Of a stretch of DNA of 52,842 nucleotides, positions 1-10,200 are shown one piece after another. Below the pieces are notes generated by a model. It was not told the origin of the DNA and ran no database searches. It worked only from the letters and a program-made list of their open reading frames with translations. The translations under genes were made by a program, and so were the position numbers. Positions within the stretch are counted from its first letter, which is position 1, and every line of letters begins with the position of its first letter. The stretch covers positions 1-52,842 of the forward strand of contig CAYRCR010000005.1 in assembly GCA_964422835.1 (NCBI GenBank), given 5' to 3'. This DNA is from an uncultured Gammaproteobacteria bacterium. GTDB lineage: Bacteria; Patescibacteriota; Microgenomatia; Daviesbacterales; UBA10151.

Positions 1-22
1 ACAAAAATTGTAACTATTTTTG

Positions 23-94
23 TGGTCCGGCTGGGATTCGAACCCAGAACCAATAGCTTAAAAGGCTACTGCTCTACCGTTGAGCTACCGGGCC
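23..94 (-). tRNA. tRNA-Lys (anticodon UUU)
   Basis: Reverse complement GGCCCGGTAGCTCAACGGTAGAGCAGTAGCC-TTTTAA-GCTATTGGTTCTGGGTTCGAATCCCAGCCGGACCA folds as a cloverleaf; anticodon loop CTTTTAA. Confidence 0.96.
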
Positions 95-145
95 ATGAAT
101 GATATTTTACCCCAAATCAGCTAAATAAAAAAGTGTTTTACTCAC

Positions 146-174
146 TTGACACGGAGTAGGTACTATATTATGCT
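146..174 (+). promoter_or_regulatory. sigma70-type promoter of a candidate small RNA
   Basis: TTGACA (146-151), 17 bp spacer, TATGCT (169-174); predicted start about 181, at the base of the first hairpin. Confidence 0.75.
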
Positions 175-180
175 TAAGCA

Positions 181-265
181 AGCTCTGCACCGTAAGGTGT
201 AGGGTGAGAGGTACATTAGCGATAATGTATTTCGGGAAAGGCTCCAGCAATGGAGTCTTTTTTTT
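181..265 (+). ncRNA. candidate ~85-nt small RNA with three GNRA-capped hairpins, the last an intrinsic terminator
   Basis: gctctgcacc-GTAA-ggtgtagggt; gaggtacatta-GCGA-taatgtatttc; aaaggctcca-GCAA-tggagtcttt followed by a T run; G-U pairs favour the + strand. Confidence 0.65.
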
Positions 266-312
266 ACGCTAAACTTCCTTTTTTATGCGTGAGGGATTAT
301 AATACAGCGGTT

Positions 313-1425
313 ATGAAAATCCCCAGGATTTTAAAGCTAAGTAAGAAAAAGGTTGTAATTTTGGCAATCTTGGTTGTTGCCACTTTTTTAGGTTTTAATA
401 TATTTGGAAGAAAAGCGGAAATTCCCCTACAATTTACTCAAGTCAAGAGGCAAGATATAAAATCTACCATTTCGGCTTCAGGAACTCTGACAGGTAAAGA
501 CAGCGCCAGTTTAAAATTTAAATCATCAGGTAAACTTGCTTTCGTTAATGTTAAGGTAGGTGATCAAGTTTATATGGGACAAATCCTGGCAGGTCTTGAT
601 ACCCAGGATTTAGAAATTACCCTACAACAGGCCAGGAATACTTTTGTTGCCAAAGACGCTGCTGCCAAAAGAGTGGAGGATGATTTAAAAGACCACAATG
701 ATGATGAGACATTCCTGCAAAAAGAAACAAGGACGGCCGCTCAAGTAGCCCGCGATAACGCTTTTGATTCCGTGAAAGCCGCAGAAAAAAACATCCAGGA
801 TATGTTTATAGTGTCTCCTATAAGCGGGACAGTTACGCAAGCCAACTTTATCTCAGGCCAAATAGCAGGGGATAATGTTATACAGGTAGTGAATTCTTCT
901 GACATATATTTTGACAGCGAGGTAGATGAGGCTGATATTGCTAAGTTACAAATTGGGCAAAAAGCCGAAGTAATACTGGACGCATACCCGGATAAAACAT
1001 TAAATGGCACCTTGGATCAAATAAAACCTCAAGTAAATACTACCTCAACCGGGGTCACTGTAATTGCGGCAAGAATAAAACTTGATGATCCTAAAATAAT
1101 CTTTGTTGATGGTTTGTCGGGGCAAGCTTCTATTATTACGGGGCAGTCAAAAAATGTTTTAACCCTACCACAAGAATCAGTAAGAGAGGATGGCTCGGTT
1201 GTAGTTTCAGAAGGAGAGACCCTAAAACCCAAGAAAGTTATAACCGGTATAACATCAGATATTGACATAGAAATTAAAGAGGGACTTTCTGATGGTGAAA
1301 AGGTACTGCTTAACCCCCCTTCTTCCGGGGCTTTCTTAAACCAGAGCAGAAATAGTAATCCTTTGACAAGAATTTTACGCTCGATCCGAATAAACCCGGG
1401 GGGAAGAGCAAATGGCCCTCGTTAA
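313..1425 (+). CDS. MacA/HlyD-family efflux periplasmic adaptor subunit
   Basis: N-terminal TM, lipoyl-like halves (SGKLAFVNVKVGDQV; SPISGTV), VDEADIAKLQIGQ motif; start at ATG 313 just after TATAAT. Confidence 0.88.
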   Translation: MKIPRILKLSKKKVVILAILVVATFLGFNIFGRKAEIPLQFTQVKRQDIKSTISASGTLTGKDSASLKFKSSGKLAFVNVKVGDQVYMGQILAGLDTQDLEITLQQARNTFVAKDAAAKRVEDDLKDHNDDETFLQKETRTAAQVARDNAFDSVKAAEKNIQDMFIVSPISGTVTQANFISGQIAGDNVIQVVNSSDIYFDSEVDEADIAKLQIGQKAEVILDAYPDKTLNGTLDQIKPQVNTTSTGVTVIAARIKLDDPKIIFVDGLSGQASIITGQSKNVLTLPQESVREDGSVVVSEGETLKPKKVITGITSDIDIEIKEGLSDGEKVLLNPPSSGAFLNQSRNSNPLTRILRSIRINPGGRANGPR

Positions 1426-2080
1426 GCTTTCAAGGATAAATAAAACATACAATACAGGTGGAATTCCTTTCCATGCGCTCAAGAATATCAATCTGGAAGT
1501 GAAAAAAGGCGAATTTCTAGCTATTATTGGAGCTTCCGGTTCAGGAAAGTCCACTTTGATGAACATCATCGGATTGCTGGACCAGCCGACTTCCGGTATT
1601 TATGAACTTGACGGGCAAAACACTGCGTGCCTTAAGGAGGGTAATTTAGCAAATATCAGAAGTTGTAAAATCGGGTTCGTCTTTCAGTCATTTAACCTCC
1701 TTCCCCGTACATCTGCCCTTGATAATGTTGCTATGCCTCTAATCTACGCCGGTGTATCTTCCGAAGACCGGCACGCTATTGCCAAAAAAGCCTTGGAAGA
1801 TGTCGGGTTGGGAGATAAGCTGGGGTCACATTCAAACCAACTTTCAGGAGGACAACAGCAAAGGGTGGCAATAGCTCGGGCTTTAGTAAATAATCCGGAA
1901 ATAATTCTGGCGGATGAGCCTACCGGAAACCTCGATTCAAAATCGGGCGATGAAATTATAGAAATATTTATAAAATTAAACAAAGCCGGCAAAACAGTAA
2001 TCATAATCACCCATGAAGCAGACATTGCTAAAAATGCTGAAAGAATAATTAAAATTAAGGATGGAGAAATTACAAAATGA
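1412..2080 (+). CDS. MacB/LolD-type ABC transporter ATP-binding protein
   Basis: Walker [25 protein letters not shown] signature, [11 protein letters not shown]. Confidence 0.95.
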   Translation: MALVKLSRINKTYNTGGIPFHALKNINLEVKKGEFLAIIGASGSGKSTLMNIIGLLDQPTSGIYELDGQNTACLKEGNLANIRSCKIGFVFQSFNLLPRTSALDNVAMPLIYAGVSSEDRHAIAKKALEDVGLGDKLGSHSNQLSGGQQQRVAIARALVNNPEIILADEPTGNLDSKSGDEIIEIFIKLNKAGKTVIIITHEADIAKNAERIIKIKDGEITK

Positions 2081-3236
2081 TTTTTAATCTGGCTCTAACT
2101 GCTATTCTTGCCAATAAATTAAGGGCTTTTTTGACAATGTTGGGTATCGTGATAGGCGTGACGTCTGTAATACTTTTAATAGCGCTGGTATCAGGACTCC
2201 AAACTTATATTACAAACCAAATTTGATGTTTGTAATGCCCGGTAGAATGGGGGGAGCGCGCTCACCTGGAGGCGTACAGGCCAACCGTTTAGTTTATTCA
2301 GACACTGTCAATTTAAGGACAAAACTTGGGAGTGAGGCTGAAGTTTCCGCATCCATTCAAAGAAATGCCACATTGAAATTTGGCAATAAAAGAGATAAGG
2401 ATGTTTCTATTTTTGGCGTGGAAGCCAATTATCCGGAAATTATATCCATAGATTTGACTTCGGGCAGATTTTTTAAACAATCCGAACAGGAAGCAAGTAG
2501 AAAAGTAGCAGTAATAGGTCCGACTGTCGTTGTAAACCTTTTTGGAACGGGACAAGCCCTTGGTAAACCGATTGACATTGCCGGAACAAAATACACTGTT
2601 ATCGGAATAACAGAAAAGAAGGGTTCTGTTTTTGGCATGGACCAGGATAACTCGGTTTACGTACCGTTCCAAACTGCCCAGAGGCAATTTGGTATTGACC
2701 GCCTGAATACTATTTATATATCGGCAAAATTAGCCGAGAATGTGAAATTAGTCCAGGATAAATCTACGGCAATATTGAAAAAAAGATTATCAGAAGATGA
2801 ATTCACCATCCAAACACAAGAGCAAACACTTTCTACAATTTCCCAGATTACGGGGGTTTTAACGGCCGCGTTGGGAGGAATTGCCGCAATTTCGTTGCTT
2901 GTTGGAGGAATTGGTATTATGAATATCATGTTGGTATCGGTTACGGAAAGGACCAGGGAGATAGGGCTTCGTAAGGCAGTGGGAGCAAAGCCAAAAGATA
3001 TAAGAAACCAATTCCTGGTTGAGGCTATTGTACTTTCTGGTTTGGGAGGAATCGCGGGAATTATTTTAGGGATTACACTCTCATTTATTATCGGCAGGTT
3101 TTTTACAACGACTATTCCCTGGTGGTCAATACTTCTGTCTTTCGGATTTTCAACTGCCGTAGGTGTAATTTTTGGTGTGGCCCCAGCCATACGCGCTTCG
3201 CGCCTTAACCCTATTGAGGCGTTGAGATCCGAGTGA
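2077..3236 (+). pseudogene. MacB/FtsX-family ABC permease, frameshifted near 2222
   Basis: ATG 2077 gives [28 protein letters not shown]...TNQI then TGA at 2224; the protein continues in another frame from 2223 (LMFVMPG...GGIGIMNIMLVSVTERTREIGLRKAVGA...PIEALR). Confidence 0.85.
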
Positions 3237-3251
3237 TAATATAATAAGGTA

Positions 3252-3743
3252 ATGAAGAAATTCTGGATACAATTTTCAATACTGATTATTACTGCCTTAG
3301 GCCTTTTATATTTAGGCTTCAACAGCCAATTTTTAACCCCGTACTTGCCTGTATCAGGAGGCAATTTAACAAAAACACAAATCCAAATTGCCGGGGCAAC
3401 CGTGGATGTTGAGGTGGCTGATACTCCTTCCAAAAGAAGCCGGGGACTTTCCGGCCGGGCAAGTCTTTTACCAAATTCCGGCATGATTTTTGCCTTTCCG
3501 GAAGAGAAGAAATACCAGTTCTGGATGAAAGGCATGAAATTTCCTATTGATATGATTTTTATCCGCAAGGGTGTAGTAGTAGATATTTTAAGGAATGTAC
3601 CCATACTGGAGCCTAATACTCCGGACCAAAATCTACCTCTTTATTCCCCCGTTGCCCCGATTGATATGCTGCTTGAGGTAACTGCCGGATTTACAGATGC
3701 TCAAAATGTACGGGTAGGTGACAGTGTCTTCTTAATTAAATAA
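3252..3743 (+). CDS. DUF192-family protein with N-terminal membrane anchor
   Basis: VEVADTPSKRSRGLSGR, GMIFAF, FWMKGMKFPIDMIFI, LLEVTAG motifs. Confidence 0.85.
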   Translation: MKKFWIQFSILIITALGLLYLGFNSQFLTPYLPVSGGNLTKTQIQIAGATVDVEVADTPSKRSRGLSGRASLLPNSGMIFAFPEEKKYQFWMKGMKFPIDMIFIRKGVVVDILRNVPILEPNTPDQNLPLYSPVAPIDMLLEVTAGFTDAQNVRVGDSVFLIK

Positions 3744-3745
3744 AC

Positions 3746-5203
3746 ATGGTAAATATTCTGCCCATCAGACATATTACGGAAAGTGACCAGCCTGTATACG
3801 GCGCAAATTTATTTAATTTAGCAAAGCTTACAAGAGCGGGAATACCGGTCCCCCCCGGGATAGCCATAGCACCCCCTGAAATAGTACTCTCAACTTTACT
3901 TTCACATGCAGAAAGCAGCAGTAAAGAAGTTTTCGAACAAAAGCTGGAAGTTATTAAAAAAGATTTGAAAAAGCTAAAAATTCCAACCGAACTTGAATCC
4001 GAAGTAAAGAAATATAATAAATTTTATTTAAATGGAAATGTTATCCAGGATAAAAATTCTTTGTGGAATACCCTCCTTTTAATATGGCTCAACGAAATCA
4101 GAGGGAGGGTTTGGAGGAACGGATTTTATCGAGGTATTACTTCTAATTTAACTGCACAAGCCATCTTCCCTACCGGCAAGAAATTTATTATGACGACTGC
4201 CTACTTTAACCCTGATTTATCAGAAGTTGCCATAAAGGTACAAGACAAAATCACACCAAAAATTCTAAAGTCCTTAGATGAAATTGTCACCCGCTCAAAC
4301 AATATGCTTGTTTTACCACAAGTTTATACTTTCACTATTGTAGATGAAAAACCATATATAGTGGCTGTTTCACCTTTTACTCAATCCTTGCCGCTCTCTC
4401 TTACATCCGATATAGTTTTACCCAAAAATGAGCAAAGACAGGCAGCAAGGCATGCTGTTAAATTATTTTTAAATACTTCAAGTGGATTTTGTGATGTGGC
4501 CGACGGCCTGATAATTGAGGCAGAAAAAGTTAAAAGTGATGATATGTCATTTAAGCTATGTGAGGCTGCCTTGTTAAATACAGGGAAACCTGTTATTTTC
4601 CGGCTGCCGAATATTTCTGACGGGGACATTGGGGGAACGCTTCGCCTTATTAACGAACCAAGCTTGCTTTCTAATTTTGCCAAAGTCTTCTTATTCGCCC
4701 GGAATAAAAAGAATTTGCTTAATGTGGAGTTGGGGATCCCCGTTGCAAGATCCCCAAATGAATACGCCAAAATTAAGCAGGAACTGGCCTCTCTGGGAAT
4801 TAACAGATACGGGACTTGTAAGTTCTGGCTGGAGATGAGTGTTCCGGAAAATCTGATTAATATTGAAGACTACTTAGCAATTGGTTTAGACGGAGTTATT
4901 TTAGATCTGGATAACCTGCAGGTTACTTTGGGCGGATATGCTCCTCATGAGGGAGAGTTTTACAAGAAAGAAATATCGGCGCTAATTAAATTTATTACAC
5001 CTGCCTTTAAAACACTTCACAAAAACCATCTGCCTGTATTAATAAAGGGGGAAATTACTATAGATGGTGAAATTCTGGACTTTCTAATTGAAAACGGGGC
5101 ATGGGGGATAGTGGTAAATACACCTTTGGAGGCAGAAAGTTTACCTGAACATTTGTCATGGTCCGAAAGAAGAATGGTAGTTAGACGTTCACAGATAAGT
5201 TAA
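3746..5203 (+). CDS. degenerate PEP synthase/PEP-utiliser-like protein
   Basis: N-terminus YGANLFNLAKLTRAGIPVPPG resembles the PPDK/PpsA start; C-terminal LEMSVPENL...GLDGV resembles the PEP-utiliser TIM barrel. Confidence 0.6.
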   Translation: MVNILPIRHITESDQPVYGANLFNLAKLTRAGIPVPPGIAIAPPEIVLSTLLSHAESSSKEVFEQKLEVIKKDLKKLKIPTELESEVKKYNKFYLNGNVIQDKNSLWNTLLLIWLNEIRGRVWRNGFYRGITSNLTAQAIFPTGKKFIMTTAYFNPDLSEVAIKVQDKITPKILKSLDEIVTRSNNMLVLPQVYTFTIVDEKPYIVAVSPFTQSLPLSLTSDIVLPKNEQRQAARHAVKLFLNTSSGFCDVADGLIIEAEKVKSDDMSFKLCEAALLNTGKPVIFRLPNISDGDIGGTLRLINEPSLLSNFAKVFLFARNKKNLLNVELGIPVARSPNEYAKIKQELASLGINRYGTCKFWLEMSVPENLINIEDYLAIGLDGVILDLDNLQVTLGGYAPHEGEFYKKEISALIKFITPAFKTLHKNHLPVLIKGEITIDGEILDFLIENGAWGIVVNTPLEAESLPEHLSWSERRMVVRRSQIS

Positions 5204-5867
5204 ACAGTGTTATATATTCCCCTTTGGGTCTTTGTTTCTTAAACTCCTTCAGCCACATTTCTATTGATTGTTTTTTTACCGATTGGTGGATTTTGGTGAG
5301 CTCGTGAGCCAATACAACTTCAGCACCTTCTCCATAAACTTCTTTCATATCTTCCAATGTTTTAATAAGTTTATGGGGAGCTACAAATGCTATATAAGTG
5401 GTTGATAGTTCATGGTTCATTGTTCGCAGTGCTTCAAGAAGTTTAGTCCTTTTCCCGGGTTTTTCAGGAAAATATCCCAAAAACGTAAATTTATCAGGCG
5501 GAAGACCGGATAAAGTTAAGGCCAAAGTAACTGAACTTGGGCCCGGCAAAGAATCAACTGCAATATTTTGTTCCAAACATTCCCGGACCAGTTTATATCC
5601 CGGGTCGGAAATTAAAGGTGTGCCGGCATCAGAAACCAGAGCCAGGTTTTGACCTGAAATAAGTTTTTGCAATATCCGGGGGATTGACAGTGCTTCATTG
5701 AAGTCATTAATTACAAGTAAGGGCTTTGAAATCTGGTAATGAGAAAGTAAAATTCCCGTGCGCCTGGTATCTTCACATATAATCCCGTCAACATCTTTTA
5801 ATACTTCCAAAGCGCGCAGAGTAATATCTTTCAGGTTTCCTATCGGGGTTGGAACAAGATAAAGCAT
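5181..5867 (-). CDS. rsmI: 16S rRNA (cytidine1402-2'-O)-methyltransferase
   Basis: LYLVPTPIGNLKDITLRA, CEDTRRT, LVSDAGTPLISDPG, ELTKIH motifs. Confidence 0.95.
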   Translation of the reverse strand: MLYLVPTPIGNLKDITLRALEVLKDVDGIICEDTRRTGILLSHYQISKPLLVINDFNEALSIPRILQKLISGQNLALVSDAGTPLISDPGYKLVRECLEQNIAVDSLPGPSSVTLALTLSGLPPDKFTFLGYFPEKPGKRTKLLEALRTMNHELSTTYIAFVAPHKLIKTLEDMKEVYGEGAEVVLAHELTKIHQSVKKQSIEMWLKEFKKQRPKGEYITLFNLSVNV

Positions 5868-6508
5868 TACTTTTTGAAAACCTTGCCAACTACATGGTTA
5901 AAAATTAAAGCCAGTTGCTCCCGGCCTTTAGGACTCTTTAAGATATGGTAAGCATTAGGTGCAATTGAAGCCACAATTATTAATGCGATAATCGGCAAAA
6001 GATATTTGTCAACATCAGGAATAACCGTCCCTAAAAAATATCCTGCCACGGTTATGCCAACTGCCCATAAAAGTCCGCCTATGATATTAAAAGTAAGGAA
6101 AGTTTTATATTCCATATCTCCCATGCCGGCCACAATTGGAGCAAAAGTACGGATCATCGGCACAAATCGGGCCAAAATGATGGTTTTTTTGCCGTGCTTT
6201 TTGTAAAATTCCTGTGCCCGAATTAGATTATCTTTATGAAAAATGATTGAGTCTTTGCGTTGAAAGAGCCTCTTACCAACCCTGTCCCCAAAAGCATAGC
6301 CGGTAGAATCACCCAAAACTGCTGCCAGAAATGATCCAATAGCCAATATCCAGACATTAAAAACATTCTGCGAGGCTAAAAAACCGGCCGTAAAAAGAAG
6401 TGAGTCGCCCGGAAAGAAAAAACCAATCAAAAGCCCTGACTCGGCAAAAACCACACCCCAAACTCCTAGAAGTCCGATTGTTCTGATAAGTGTTTCCAGA
6501 TCCGGCAT
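5867..6508 (-). CDS. DedA/VTT-domain membrane protein
   Basis: FAESGLLIGFFFPGDSLLFTAG and ARFVPMIRTFAPIVAG motifs. Confidence 0.93.
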   Translation of the reverse strand: MPDLETLIRTIGLLGVWGVVFAESGLLIGFFFPGDSLLFTAGFLASQNVFNVWILAIGSFLAAVLGDSTGYAFGDRVGKRLFQRKDSIIFHKDNLIRAQEFYKKHGKKTIILARFVPMIRTFAPIVAGMGDMEYKTFLTFNIIGGLLWAVGITVAGYFLGTVIPDVDKYLLPIIALIIVASIAPNAYHILKSPKGREQLALIFNHVVGKVFKK

Positions 6509-6526
6509 TTAACCATTATAGCATGT

Positions 6527-7141
6527 TTAAAAACGCCTGATTACACCCACACATTTCCCCTGAATTTTTACATCCGTAGCATAAATTGGATCCATAGCCG
6601 CATTGGCAGGTTCCAACCTGATCCGGTTATGTTCCCGGAAAAACCTCTTTAAAGTTGCCAGGCCGTTTTCCAGAAGTGCCACTACAATTTCTCCGTCATC
6701 AGCAATTGTCTGTTCTTCAATTACTACATAATCACCGTCCAATATCCCATCCTCAATCATCGAGTCTCCTTTAACTTGTAAAACATAGGAACGCTTTTTG
6801 CCGGTAATCATGGAAGCAGGAATATTTATAGAGGCATCAGGGTCAGTATAGGTCATAATCGGGGAACCGGCTGCAATAAAACCCAGCACCGGCAGTTCAA
6901 TACCTTTTACTGTATCAGCAATTTTATTATCAAGGATTTCAAGGCCTCTAACAGCCCCGTCAAATTTTCTAATCACTCCTTTTTGCACCAAAGCCTGTAC
7001 ATGCTCATGGACAGTAGCCAAAGACGAAACACCGATGCTTTCGGCAATTTCACCCAAGGTGGGTGAATAGCCATATTTATCAATGTACTGCTTAATAAAA
7101 TCCAATATTTGTCTTTGCCTTCTATAAAGTATCACCGGCAT
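6527..7141 (-). CDS. lexA: SOS repressor LexA
   Basis: wHTH (RQRQILDFI...SPTLGEI), Ala-Gly cleavage site IAAGSP, VKGDSM catalytic Ser, ATLKRF Lys; start at ATG 7141. Confidence 0.95.
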   Translation of the reverse strand: MPVILYRRQRQILDFIKQYIDKYGYSPTLGEIAESIGVSSLATVHEHVQALVQKGVIRKFDGAVRGLEILDNKIADTVKGIELPVLGFIAAGSPIMTYTDPDASINIPASMITGKKRSYVLQVKGDSMIEDGILDGDYVVIEEQTIADDGEIVVALLENGLATLKRFFREHNRIRLEPANAAMDPIYATDVKIQGKCVGVIRRF

Positions 7142-7142
7142 T

Positions 7143-7192
7143 TTCGTATTTCCTTTGCATATACCATACCAAAGACTACCCGAAGGTGTCAA
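7143..7192 (-). promoter_or_regulatory. lexA promoter with candidate direct-repeat SOS boxes
   Basis: Minus strand TTGACA (7192-7187), 18 bp, TATGGT; TTCGG-N6-TTTGG in the spacer (7184-7169); second TTCG-N7-TTTG on + strand at 7143-7157. Confidence 0.6.
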
Positions 7193-7284
7193 GTGGGTCA
7201 AAATATATCACTTTGGAAATATCTTCCAGAATTCTTACATTTTTTTTATAGGATTTATATATTAAAAATGTAAACTCTCTTTCA

Positions 7285-10200
7285 ATGATAAATAAAATCA
7301 AAAGATTTTTGCTTCCCGGAATAGCATTATTCAGCTTGTTGGTTAATGTATTGCTTCCCCTGGCAATTCCATACAACGTCATTGCACAGGAAGTAACACA
7401 AACTGCTGAAGCGGTTGAAACACCTGCTCCGGAGGAAACTCCGGTTCCGATAGAAGAAACAACTCCCACTCCTGCTACTGAAGAAGTTATCCCAACTTCC
7501 ATACCCGAAACTTCCACCCCCGATGTGGAACTTTTAGAGGAGGCAACTCCCAGTGCCACCCTTTCGCCCACTCATGCTCCAACCCCGCCAGAGGCGGGGC
7601 AAGATCCTGTTGTAGAACAACCCACATACAATAATGTAGTTGTAAACGAAGAATATAAAGCCCCGCAAAATGATAAAGTCAAAGTCAAATTTAATATTTT
7701 ACCTGAAGGATCCGGCAGTTTAACAATTAAAGAAGTAAAACTTTCCCCGGAACAAATTGCTGCTACAGGGGCATTATCCGATACAGCTTATGACATAACT
7801 TCATCAATGTCTGACGGGACCTTCCAATATGACCTGACTTTACCTTTGCCACCTGCTGCCCAAAACCAGGAAGTAGATGTCAAATCAGCAGAAAATACTG
7901 ATTTATCAGATGCCACAAAAGTAACAGAACCGGAAGAAAAAACCGCGGATACTATTACAATTCTCGGCTTAAACCACTTTACTGTTTTCGTTGTCACTAC
8001 ACCTTCGCCTGACACAACCCAGAGAATATTAATTAATGAAATTGCGCCGGCTGCCGCAGCAGAATGGGTGGAACTTTTCAATAATGGTTCTGCTTCTGTA
8101 AATTTGGCTGCCGGCACCGGTTGGGTAATCAGAAATTCAGCCGGAAACTCCCAATCGCTTTCTGCCCTGGGTACTATTGCTCCTGCCGGAAGGGCAGTAT
8201 TTAATGCGCCTCCTGCCTGGCTTTCGGATGTTGCTCCTGAAACAGTTACTATTTTAAATGAACTGGGTGCGACAATTGACACTGTTACTGTTTCTTTAAC
8301 AGCCCCGGGATTTGCCGTTGACCATTATCCCCTGGCAAGTGAGTCGGTGGGAAGAAAAACAGATGGTGTTGCCGAATGGATGCTTTTCACAACTCCTACA
8401 AAAGGAACTGCTAATATAGTACCTGTCGCTCCGGGGGGCGGTATTGTCGAAGTCGGTCCAATTGCCCCTGACGGCGGCCTTATAGCAGGTTTCCCTGTCT
8501 GGTACAAAGACTCCAATGGTTTGGCTTTGGACTTAATGGAAGCGGCTGATGGTTTCGGAATCTCTGACCCTGTTGATCCTGCCAATCCTTTCTCGGAGCA
8601 AATCGGCTTTAATGCCGAAGGCTTCTGGTGGTCAGCGGAAGCCAGTATTGACCGTCCGATAGGTACACGCACCACACTAATCCTAGCTCTCGAAGCCGCG
8701 TTTGCCGGAGAAGCGGCAGTTGACGGGGAACAATCAGTGCAAAACAGGTTGAGGTACAGAATTGACGGATTAGTACCCGGTGAAACCTATACCATAACTC
8801 ACCCGTTTGGCAGTGTAGATGAAATTGCTGACGGCGCCGGAGTGATTAACGTAACCAGTGACATCGGATGCTTCGCTGACGGTTTTTCTACCTGCAATCA
8901 GGCAGCCCTTCCCAACTTTTCTTCAGCGCTTGCCGGACAGGTAGGGCCATACTTAACCTGGACTACATTTAATACCAATCCTGCCTTGACTGATCCTGCA
9001 TTGGTTAATGCTGCAAATCCCGGCAGAAGGTATGTCGGAAATCCTACCATTGACCATGCTGTGACAGGCAGTCCAACCGGCAATGATTTCTTCCGTGTCG
9101 AAGGTTTAAATGTTGGTGGAGCAGGAATTAATGTTATCGAAACAAACCTTTTCTCTGTCAGCGGAAGGTTGGCAGATGCAAATGCTCCTGTTATCACCCT
9201 TTTTGGAGCAAACCCTGTCAATGCTATCCAAGGCTCAATATACACCGATGCCAGCGCAACAGCTTTGGATGATCTTGGTGGTAATTTAACCGGCAGCATT
9301 GTTGTCACCGGTTTACCTGTTGATACATCAGCTCTTGGAGCAAAAATAGTTACCTATACTGTAACCGACAGCGTAGGACGGACAACAGTTGCAACCAGAA
9401 CAGTTAATGTGGTGGCAGCCGGAGGAATAGATACAATAGTGCCGGTAATTACAGTGACCGGAGCAAATCCTGCTAGCGTCACCCAGGGCAACCCATATAT
9501 TGACCTTGGGGCAACTGCTTTGGACGATACAGATGGAGATATCACAGCCAATATTGTCACTGTAAATCCGGTCAATACTGCTGTAATTGGACCTTATACG
9601 GTTGCTTATAATGTGTCTGATGCTGCAGGGAACCCGGCAACACAGGCTACCAGAATTGTAAATGTGGTAGCGGATACAATTGCCCCGGTAATTACAATCC
9701 TCGGTAATAATCCCGCAAATGTACTGACAGGAGCTGCCTATACTGACGCCGGAGCAACAGCCACAGATAATGTGGATGGGAACTTAACTGCCAATATTGT
9801 CACTGTTAACCCTGTTAATACGGCAGTCGCAGGCACCTATACTGTCACTTTCAACGTGTCTGACGCTGCAGGTAATCCTGCAATTGAGGCAACAAGAACA
9901 GTTAATGTAGCAGACACTTTGCCTGCTGGTTTGGTTGAAACCGGCCCTGTTGGAGCAGACACAGGTTTCCCTGTCTGGTACAAAGACTCCAATGGTTTGG
10001 CTTTGGACTTAATGGAAGCGGCTGATGGTTTCGGAATCTCTGACCCTGTTGATCCTGCCAATCCTTTCTCGGAGCAAATCGGCTTTAATGCCGAAGGCTT
10101 CTGGTGGTCAGCGGAAGCCAGTATTGACCGTCCGATAGGTACACGCACCACACTAATCCTAGCTCTCGAAGCCGCGTTTGCCGGAGAAGCGGCAGTTGAC

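Noticed and set aside
250-312. ORF-track start at 250 for the efflux adaptor
   Set aside because: That ATG lies inside the terminator hairpin; ATG 313 follows a TATAAT and gives a normal N-terminus. Similar over-extensions were trimmed for lexA, uvrA, typA and dinB
2714-3604. Long antisense ORFs (e.g. 2714-3604, 7788-8282, 15524-16099, 40239-40784)
   Set aside because: They shadow well-supported genes on the opposite strand and have no motifs or start signals
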